Source of the DNA: a virus
Reading direction: 5' to 3' (one strand)
Virus record (IMG/VR): IMGVR_UViG_3300034198_006385
Location: 22,663 to 86,662 of that record
Length of the DNA stretch: 64,000 nt
A program made the translations under genes and the position numbers. Shown piece by piece: positions 57,671 through 64,000 of this stretch (positions within the stretch are counted from its first letter, which is position 1; every line of letters starts with the position of its first letter). The notes beneath the pieces are model-generated. The model was not told the DNA's origin. It worked only from the letters and a program-made list of their open reading frames with translations, and searched no databases.

Positions 57671-58057
57671 ATGGAATTTAGACCATTTAAAGATGAAGAT
57701 GATTTTGATCTTCCTCTGTATTCAACACCCGGTAAAATGGTAATTCATGTATATTATGAAAATCCGCCAAAGAGTGTGTATGATGAAACATGGAAATGGG
57801 ATGATCTAGAAATTACATATGCCGAATTAGACACGGCAATATTTTGGATTCAAGAAGGTATGGGATTGGATTATTTTGTTGAATCATATTTAAAGTATTA
57901 CATGATGTCATTTTTAATTGACGGATGCCAATGGTTTACTGTAGAGAGAATCACTGGTGAATATCACCGGGGGGATTGGGGATTTGATGATGATTCCGAA
58001 AAATTTGAATGGAAAACATTACGCCCTGCAACTCTAGCAGAAATGTATATGGAATAA
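57671..58057 (+). CDS. hypothetical protein
   Basis: ORF track. Confidence 0.55.
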   Translation: MEFRPFKDEDDFDLPLYSTPGKMVIHVYYENPPKSVYDETWKWDDLEITYAELDTAIFWIQEGMGLDYFVESYLKYYMMSFLIDGCQWFTVERITGEYHRGDWGFDDDSEKFEWKTLRPATLAEMYME

Positions 58058-58059
58058 TT

Positions 58060-58386
58060 ATGAAATATTTAAAAATCGGCCATTTATTCATTGGAGATAA
58101 AAAAACAAATCATTCATTAATTCTGTGTTATAGAGATATGAGTGAAGTTTTAAAATTTCAGCAATTCATTGAATATAATCTTGGTATTTGTTCATATATT
58201 GAATATATGCGATGGGAAGCCGATATTTGGAAGGAAATTGAATATGACAAATATAATTATGATATTGATTTTTTAAGGAAATATAGTTGTTTAATTAAAA
58301 AAAGAGATTCGGCTAAAGACTATAAGATATATGCTTATTTTGATAAAATGGTATTTGATTTATATGAAGAAAGAAAAATGAAATGA
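58060..58386 (+). CDS. hypothetical protein
   Basis: ORF track. Confidence 0.5.
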   Translation: MKYLKIGHLFIGDKKTNHSLILCYRDMSEVLKFQQFIEYNLGICSYIEYMRWEADIWKEIEYDKYNYDIDFLRKYSCLIKKRDSAKDYKIYAYFDKMVFDLYEERKMK

Positions 58387-58574
58387 GTTCTCTGGATGAA
58401 TATAATGATTCCACCAATAGTGGAATGTATGAATATTGTGGTGCATGTCCATTAAATGACATTGGGCATAAAATGCAATATAGCAATTCATTTATATTTT
58501 GGTGGGTTGCAGTAGAGCCAACATTAGGTGGTGGAGTTTTTTATGCTGAAAATATTTTTCGGCTTTGGGAATAA
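58383..58574 (+). CDS. hypothetical protein
   Basis: ORF track. Confidence 0.45.
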   Translation: MSSLDEYNDSTNSGMYEYCGACPLNDIGHKMQYSNSFIFWWVAVEPTLGGGVFYAENIFRLWE

Positions 58575-58579
58575 TAGAA

Positions 58580-58816
58580 ATGATTATTGATTGGGATCAT
58601 TTTGGCCAGAATGAATATATTTACCATGTGGGATATTCATCAGATAAAGTATATCAGGAATTTTATAATTGGATGCAGCGTAAAAAATTAAAACACCAAT
58701 ATACAGATATGCCACATCATTTTTTCGTATTTGAAAATGAAATTGATCGTTTAGTAATGGAAAGCATATTTTCTCAATATCTAAACAAAACAGATTATAG
58801 TGATTTTGAATTTTAA
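58580..58816 (+). CDS. hypothetical protein
   Basis: ORF track. Confidence 0.5.
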   Translation: MIIDWDHFGQNEYIYHVGYSSDKVYQEFYNWMQRKKLKHQYTDMPHHFFVFENEIDRLVMESIFSQYLNKTDYSDFEF

Positions 58817-58831
58817 AAAATAGAGGGGTCA

Positions 58832-58950
58832 AATTTTTTTGGCGGGAAAAAAATTTTTGGACAAATTTTTAAAAGCCTAAAAAAAATATAGGGGAAAAAT
58901 TTTTGGCGGGAAAAAAATATAGGGGAAAAAAATATAGGGGAAAAAAATTA
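58832..58950 (+). repeat. A/T-tract repeats (TTTTTGGCGGGAAAAAA x2; AAAAAAATATAGGGGAAAAA x3)
   Basis: Directly visible. Confidence 0.75.
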
Positions 58951-59250
58951 AAAAGAATAAAGAAGTCGAAAAAAAGTGCTAGAGCCTAGATTAGCAGCAA
59001 ACCCATACCCCTGTCAACTAGTTTTTTCTAACTTTTTTTTAACTTGACATTAACAATAGAGCCACCCCAAACCCTGTCAATTAAAATTTATTTAACTTGC
59101 GAATTATTTCGTTATCGTATCGGTGGCACCTGTATATACACAATCCTCACGATGGCGCAACGGTGGCCATCTGTATATACAGGCCGGTATCGTATGAAAC
59201 GAAAGCACCGATAGTTTCATTGCCATATCGGAATGATCACTGTATGAAAA

Positions 59251-59274
59251 AAGGCCAGCGGTTAAACTGGCCTT
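59251..59274 (-). terminator. intrinsic terminator for the minus-strand early unit
   Basis: aaggccag-8nt-ctggcctt followed by a T run on the minus strand. Confidence 0.65.
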
Positions 59275-59613
59275 GAATCGTTGCGATAGCGTGTTGATTA
59301 TTGTTCCATATACGAATCAAACCATGTGCCAGATTTACGAGTCCTGGCACGCCCAGCAGGATCGTTGCATGTGCGCCATGATGTATCAGGATCGTGGCAC
59401 CATGCCTGCGCCTCAGCTAGACCGAGATTGCTGGTCACTGTCATCTTGCGGCCAGACCGCAGGAAATGGCGAACAATCTTGTATCTGGGCGTTGACCAGA
59501 TAGGGGCGGGAAAGGGATTGGACCTAGGCTACAGCCTTTCTAACGGTGCAGGGTGATACAGGGGTAGCGGGGGAAAGCCTAAGCGCCTGTAGCGTTCCCT
59601 TGAGTCTCAGAAA

Positions 59614-61149
59614 TTATCCAGCGTCAAGATTGACGTAGCACAATTCATGCTGCGCGCGGGTAGCCGCAACATACATCAGGTTATTCTCTTGAATTTGTTC
59701 CCATGGCTGCCGCGCATACTTTGACGGATTGTAAATGTTCTTGCCCCACCAAATAACGCGCTGCCATTCCTTGCCCTTTGACTTGTGAATGCTGGAAAGA
59801 GTCAGCACAAGCGGGCGGGAACCTTCTGGAGTATCACCGAACATTTTGTTAATCGAGTCAGTAACACGAGTAACCGAGTCATCATCAGCGAATTGCGCCA
59901 TGATGACTGTCAAGCAGCCCAATTGATCCTCAATAGAGGCTTTGCGAGTATCGTTTCCTTTCGTCTCAGCCTTGGCAGTCTCACGTTCCGCCCATGATTC
60001 AAGCTTGCTACGCAGTGCGGCCACAGTCTTAACCTTGCGCCATTTGCTGGCAAGCTTGATTAGGCCCTGGCCGATATCGCGACCTTCGACCATGCAAGCC
60101 TTGCCCATGCCCAGCAGCCTATAGGCAAGCCCGACAATTGGCGCATTGTTCCGGCAAAGAATAACAGACTCAGCGCCAAGGCTTGGCAGGATGTTGTTGA
60201 AAAACGAAACGGAATCACAATGGGATACAATACCATCCGGCGCGGTATCAGCGGCATGGATATGAGACACCCACTGTTGCGCTTCCGCAACAACCGCCTT
60301 CGGGCACCGATAGGTGATTGTCAGGGGAAAAGGCTTGCAATCAAACCGTTCCGCAATGTTATGCATGGAGTCACTGTCCGCGCCGGTGAATCCATAGATT
60401 GCCTGCCGATCATCGCCCACCGCCGCAATGCGAGTAGTCTCATGCGCCATCATGCCCAGCATATTCAGGCGCATGGGATTCGTATCTTGACATTCATCAG
60501 GCAGAATCCAGTCATATTGCCGCATTTTCAAGCCGAGGCGAACCGGCAAATAAATCATGTCGTCAAAATCAATAACGTTAAGAATTTTGTTGCTGGCTTT
60601 CAGCAACTGGCAAGTCTCACGCAAAGCATCATCAAGAGAAAGCCCGGAGTCTTCCGAAAGATACTGGTCAAGCGAAAAATGATTGACCAGATTATACCAT
60701 GCGTCACGATTGGCCGCGTCAATGCCCGCGCCAATACCAGCCTGCTTCGCCAGGCTAACCGCTTTCATCGCGAAAGAAAGGCACCCTGGATTGACCATGA
60801 TCGAATCGGGGCCGAGTTTGCCAGTGGCAGTAAGATACAGTTTCTTTGCATCTACCTTAGTCGATCGCTGATAGTTGCGGAACGCTTCGAAGCCGTAGGC
60901 GTGAAACGTTTTGACAGTGATTCGATTGTCCGGATCGAGATTTTCGCGAATCACGCGATTTTTAATTTCGTCCGCGATTTTCTTGTTGAAAGCCACGAAA
61001 GCCACGGTGTCAGTAGTCTCCTGCATCATATGCACGAGTGTTGTCGTCTTACCGGCGCCTGCAACGGCGGTAATGATTGCGTTGCCGGTTCCGTTGCGAG
61101 TCCAATCCAGGATGGCGGACTGCTGAGCCGATGGGATGAAATTTGACAT
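59614..61149 (-). CDS. UvrD/Rep-like superfamily 1 helicase
   Basis: AVAGAGKTT, AFNKKIA, DECQD, VGDDRQAIYGF.GAD, TYRCP, SIHKSKG.EW, YVAATRA. Confidence 0.92.
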   Translation of the reverse strand: MSNFIPSAQQSAILDWTRNGTGNAIITAVAGAGKTTTLVHMMQETTDTVAFVAFNKKIADEIKNRVIRENLDPDNRITVKTFHAYGFEAFRNYQRSTKVDAKKLYLTATGKLGPDSIMVNPGCLSFAMKAVSLAKQAGIGAGIDAANRDAWYNLVNHFSLDQYLSEDSGLSLDDALRETCQLLKASNKILNVIDFDDMIYLPVRLGLKMRQYDWILPDECQDTNPMRLNMLGMMAHETTRIAAVGDDRQAIYGFTGADSDSMHNIAERFDCKPFPLTITYRCPKAVVAEAQQWVSHIHAADTAPDGIVSHCDSVSFFNNILPSLGAESVILCRNNAPIVGLAYRLLGMGKACMVEGRDIGQGLIKLASKWRKVKTVAALRSKLESWAERETAKAETKGNDTRKASIEDQLGCLTVIMAQFADDDSVTRVTDSINKMFGDTPEGSRPLVLTLSSIHKSKGKEWQRVIWWGKNIYNPSKYARQPWEQIQENNLMYVAATRAQHELCYVNLDAG

Positions 61150-61178
61150 GTTGTGTGCGCTCCATAGGGAGAGGGGAA

Positions 61179-61204
61179 AAGCCCGTTACACTGGCAACGG
61201 GCTT
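61179..61204 (-). terminator. hairpin/terminator upstream of the helicase
   Basis: aagcccgtt-8nt-aacgggctt with TTTT on the minus strand. Confidence 0.5.
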
Positions 61205-61218
61205 GATAGGCGATAGGT

Positions 61219-61491
61219 TCAGACTTCGAACATGGTGACGCCACGTTGCCGCAGGATGGCACGCGCCATTTCGATCAACATATCGGAGTCGAACGTCATG
61301 GACTCGCCGCCATCGGTCACTTCATACAGGCGCGACTCAGGATGAAAAAAATCTTCAACCGGAGTCATGGTGATTGTGTAGTCGTAGCGTGGCGTATCGT
61401 GATCAATGCGGATAACGGCGGAATGCTTGAACGTCATGCGGACACTCCTAGAACGAAACGCGGCGGGAACGGCTGCCGGTTCCCCATACAT
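61219..61491 (-). CDS. hypothetical protein (GC-rich)
   Basis: ORF track; co-oriented with the helicase. Confidence 0.5.
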   Translation of the reverse strand: MYGEPAAVPAAFRSRSVRMTFKHSAVIRIDHDTPRYDYTITMTPVEDFFHPESRLYEVTDGGESMTFDSDMLIEMARAILRQRGVTMFEV

Positions 61492-61685
61492 AGTATGACC
61501 GTCCTACCTTGTTAAGAGGCTAAAAATCAAAATAAATAATTCGTAATGTGCATTTTCCGTATTGACTGCTTCCTTCTTATATGATAGAATCAATTAGGGT
61601 AAAAAATTAATTAAAAGGATAATAATTTTATATTAAAATTTACTCATTAGTAGGTTTTAATACCGCTTATAGTATATTACTATAC

Positions 61686-61827
61686 TCACGTATTGTTTCA
61701 CAATGTTTCACAATGTTTCACTGTGGTTCACGTATTGTTTCACAATGTTTCACTGTGGTTCACGTATTGTTTCACAATGTTTCACTGTGGTTCACGTATT
61801 GTTTCACAATGTTTCACAATGTTTCAC
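61686..61827 (+). repeat. nested tandem array of 10-12 bp TCAC units (pattern ABBCABCABCABB)
   Basis: A=tcacgtattgtt, B=tcacaatgtt, C=tcactgtggt; contains 10 copies of TGTTTCAC. Confidence 0.92.
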
Positions 61828-62021
61828 CATTCTTTTCGATCAACTTCATTATCCCATCCCCGGCGATATTCATCAATCTCTTTTTGAGTCATTTCGCTTT
61901 CATTAATCTTTTTTGAGGAATATGTCTCACCGACAAAATAATGGGGTGAATATGGGCGTTCATAATAACGATCCGCCGCACCACGATCATAAGGGCCACC
62001 ATGCCGCATATCCATTATCAT
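61824..62021 (-). CDS. small conserved phage protein
   Basis: HGGPYDRG.AD.YY.R...PHY...EI.EY..GW motif. Confidence 0.7.
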   Translation of the reverse strand: MIMDMRHGGPYDRGAADRYYERPYSPHYFVGETYSSKKINESEMTQKEIDEYRRGWDNEVDRKEW

Positions 62022-62044
62022 TACTCCATGTTGTTTACAGTGAG

Positions 62045-62073
62045 AATATAAATCAGATAACTTTGCATGTCAA
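62045..62073 (-). promoter_or_regulatory. sigma70-type early promoter
   Basis: TTGACA-17nt-TATATT. Confidence 0.7.
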
Positions 62074-62140
62074 TAAGAGATTATAACTCCGATAACTTTG
62101 CTGCGTTTCACACCCAGGGAAAAGTTACCTCCTAAAAAAT

Positions 62141-62272
62141 AAAAGTGAATGTTTTCAATAACTTACCTTCTTAGGCTATTTTTAACATCCTTTCGGCGGC
62201 CTGTCAAATGGTTTTTTGCGAAAGTTATGCGAAACGTGAGAAAAACAAAAAGTGAATGTTTTCAATAACTTA
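62141..62272 (+). repeat. 25-bp direct repeat (62141-62165; 62248-62272)
   Basis: aaaagtgaatgttttcaataactta x2. Confidence 0.85.
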
Positions 62273-62437
62273 ACAAAAATGGAGCAATAATATTACAAAA
62301 TATAGGGCATTTAAGCAATATTAGAACCATTCAGACGCTGCATAAACCTTATAAAATGGTATAAATGTCAACCAAAAAGTTTGCGAAACTTACAGTTTTT
62401 TTATCGAAAATTACGTTTTCTTTTTGATTGACATCTA

Positions 62438-62453
62438 TGTTTCATGTGAAACA
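62438..62453. promoter_or_regulatory. parS-like palindrome
   Basis: TGTTTCATGTGAAACA, one mismatch from the bacterial parS consensus TGTTTCACGTGAAACA. Confidence 0.55.
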
Positions 62454-62455
62454 TT

Positions 62456-62650
62456 CTACATATTGGCATTAATCCAGCGCATGACATAATCATAGGCGGG
62501 CGCAAGGGTGCAATTCGCCTCGGTCATAATCTGCTTGACAGCTTCCAGGCGATTGACAATGGCACCATCCTTAGTGCGATACATTCCCAACAAGAGCAGC
62601 ATGACCGCACGAAACGGCATGTAATCGTTCGGCATAAAGGTGTTAACCAT
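62456..62650 (-). CDS. hypothetical protein
   Basis: AAGGAG RBS before MVNTFMP. Confidence 0.55.
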   Translation of the reverse strand: MVNTFMPNDYMPFRAVMLLLLGMYRTKDGAIVNRLEAVKQIMTEANCTLAPAYDYVMRWINANM

Positions 62651-62682
62651 TGTCTGTCTCCTTTCTCGCTGCTGATAAAGGT

Positions 62683-62711
62683 AATATATCGCCTTATTCA
62701 CCCGTTGTCAA
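62683..62711 (-). promoter_or_regulatory. sigma70-type early promoter
   Basis: TTGACA-17nt-TATATT. Confidence 0.7.
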
Positions 62712-62867
62712 GCGGTATTTTGATTGATTTTTCCATAAAAAAGCCTAAAAATTAAGCAAAATACCGTTTTTTACCCCCTAATATACTGAAAAATATGATT
62801 TTTTTCCTTATTTTTACTCCATTTACTAATATACTATTTAATTTACATAATTAATACAATATCATCA

Positions 62868-63029
62868 TTACCTGTTTTTATAGTCAATTACAGTAATCAT
62901 TTTAATTACAATATCATCCCAATTATATTCCGAATTAAATTGCAAAATATTTTCTCTGTGTTCCTCTGCCTTATTCATATCATTAAAACATACATCAAAT
63001 TTACCATTAATGAATACGCCATATTCCAT
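62868..63029 (-). CDS. small hypothetical protein (53 aa, not in ORF track)
   Basis: MEYGVFINGKFDVCF... behind a promoter and AAGGAG. Confidence 0.6.
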   Translation of the reverse strand: MEYGVFINGKFDVCFNDMNKAEEHRENILQFNSEYNWDDIVIKMITVIDYKNR

Positions 63030-63086
63030 AGCTACTCTCCTTGTTTCTGATATAAGAAATATAGTCTATTCAGGATTGATTGTCAA
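63030..63086 (-). promoter_or_regulatory. early promoter-RBS cassette, copy 1
   Basis: TTGACAATCAATCCTGAATAGACTATATT...AAGGAGAG. Confidence 0.75.
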
Positions 63087-63252
63087 TATTAGGAGTCCAT
63101 TCACGGATTACAATATTGTCACTTGTAATTTTACACACAGGAGAATATTTCAAATATTCAACATAATCCTCAGCATATTCCTTATTAATAAACACGGCCA
63201 CAAGTTTATTATCTATATAAATTTCATATTCGTTATAATAAACGCCGGTCAT
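63070..63252 (-). CDS. small hypothetical protein
   Basis: AAGGAG RBS; weak similarity to 62868..63029. Confidence 0.6.
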   Translation of the reverse strand: MTGVYYNEYEIYIDNKLVAVFINKEYAEDYVEYLKYSPVCKITSDNIVIREWTPNIDNQS

Positions 63253-63298
63253 TGGCTTTCTCCTTATTTGGTTTAAGGAATATAAGCTTGATTGTCAA
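63253..63298 (-). promoter_or_regulatory. early promoter-RBS cassette, copy 2 (shortened spacer)
   Basis: TTGACAATCAAGCTTATATTCCTTA...AAGGAGAAAGCCA-ATG. Confidence 0.6.
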
Positions 63299-63314
63299 TC
63301 AAAATATTTTGTTT

Positions 63315-63593
63315 TCAATAAAAATAATGCCTGCGAGTATCATCAGTATTCATTGAACGCAATTCATAATCTGTCAAAGCATATCCATCATCATCAACAT
63401 TAATTCCCGGCAATACATTATTTGGCAAATCATTCTTGTTCAGATAAAAATATCCCTTATAATTTTCGGTTGAATGAAGAATTTCTTCTACCATGAGAAT
63501 AATACCATTCCTTTCCTCTCGGCTATTATCCTTTGTCAAGCGCGCATTGGCAAATTCAACCATTTTCTTGACATTGATTGTTTTCGTTGCCAT
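63315..63593 (-). CDS. hypothetical protein
   Basis: E.ILH.T.NYKGY.YL motif; RBS present. Confidence 0.65.
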   Translation of the reverse strand: MATKTINVKKMVEFANARLTKDNSREERNGIILMVEEILHSTENYKGYFYLNKNDLPNNVLPGINVDDDGYALTDYELRSMNTDDTRRHYFY

Positions 63594-63648
63594 TGGCTTT
63601 CTCCTTGGTTGATATAAGGAATATAGGCTATTGAGGATTGATTGTCAA
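63594..63648 (-). promoter_or_regulatory. early promoter-RBS cassette, copy 3
   Basis: TTGACAATCAATCCTCAATAGCCTATATTCCTTATATC...AAGGAGAAAGCCA-ATG. Confidence 0.75.
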
Positions 63649-63999
63649 TCATAAAAAATGATTTGCTGCGGTTTCCAGATAATCCACAATCATTAAAGAT
63701 TCTTTATTATTTTTCCAATAATCACGGGCTTGTTCAATGGTAAAATATCTGCATCCCGCAGATATCTTAATTGATCCATCAGCTTCCTTAAAGATTACAA
63801 AAGTATAACCATCGGAACGGTTGGCGGAAATAAAATAATTAATTACTGCATTGCCATAAATTACTGCATTGCCAGAAATTACTGCATTGCCAGAAATTAC
63901 TGCATTATCATAAATTACTGCATTGCCATAAATTACTGCATTGCCAGAAATTACTGCATTATCATAAATTTCTGCATTGCCAGAAATTACTGCATTGCC
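63649..63999 (-). CDS. hexapeptide-repeat (beta-helix) protein, 5'-truncated by window end
   Basis: (G/D)NAVI(S/Y) repeats from an 18-bp tandem repeat; C-terminal RSDGYTF...AGCRYFT..QA..YW. Confidence 0.75.
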   Translation of the reverse strand, partial: GNAVISGNAEIYDNAVISGNAVIYGNAVIYDNAVISGNAVISGNAVIYGNAVINYFISANRSDGYTFVIFKEADGSIKISAGCRYFTIEQARDYWKNNKESLMIVDYLETAANHFL

Positions 64000-64000
64000 A

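Noticed and set aside
59130-59182. E. coli-type LexA box in CTGTATATACAG
   Set aside because: The palindrome is 12 bp (CTGT-N4-ACAG), not the 16-bp CTGT-N8-ACAG
59785-61146. Long plus-strand ORFs, including 308 aa at 60220..61146
   Set aside because: Antisense shadows of the GC-rich helicase with no recognisable motifs
61686-61827. CRISPR array
   Set aside because: Units are 10-12 bp with no unique spacers, and no cas genes are nearby
61693-61916. Three overlapping plus-strand ORFs
   Set aside because: Artefacts of the stop-free tandem repeat

Overview
64 kb segment of a large, AT-rich T4-like myovirus genome. The host is probably an alphaproteobacterium, inferred from RlpA, a small Cys-rich exported protein and candidate parS/SOS-like motifs. 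From left to right it holds baseplate gp26/gp51, an NDP-sugar cassette (RfbH-like, split ThDP enzyme, epimerase/reductase), gp32/gp59/gp33/PhoH, late structural genes, primase gp61, ThyX with an HNH intein, NrdAB and dCMP deaminase. A minus-strand accessory block follows with tandem SpeD homologues, four tRNAs and one tRNA relic. Next is the replisome module (gp45, gp44, gp62, regA, a split gp43, UvsX fractured by a naturally split intein, gp41). The right end is an early region with a GC-rich UvrD-like helicase, repeated sigma70 promoter cassettes and a nested repeat array. The most notable observations are: (i) a trans-splicing split intein in uvsX with a homing-endonuclease relic between the halves; (ii) a dispersed family of genes with T4 internal-protein-like N-terminal capsid-targeting peptides fused to kinase-, ADP-ribosyltransferase-, GNAT- and HEAT-like bodies, several behind RBS-sequestering late-promoter hairpins, i.e. 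a possible injected effector cocktail; (iii) a yersiniose-like branched-sugar pathway; (iv) an array of parS half-site/SOS-box-like motifs plus a near-perfect parS; (v) a candidate late structured ncRNA. All family calls come from motif recognition by eye; no database searches were run.
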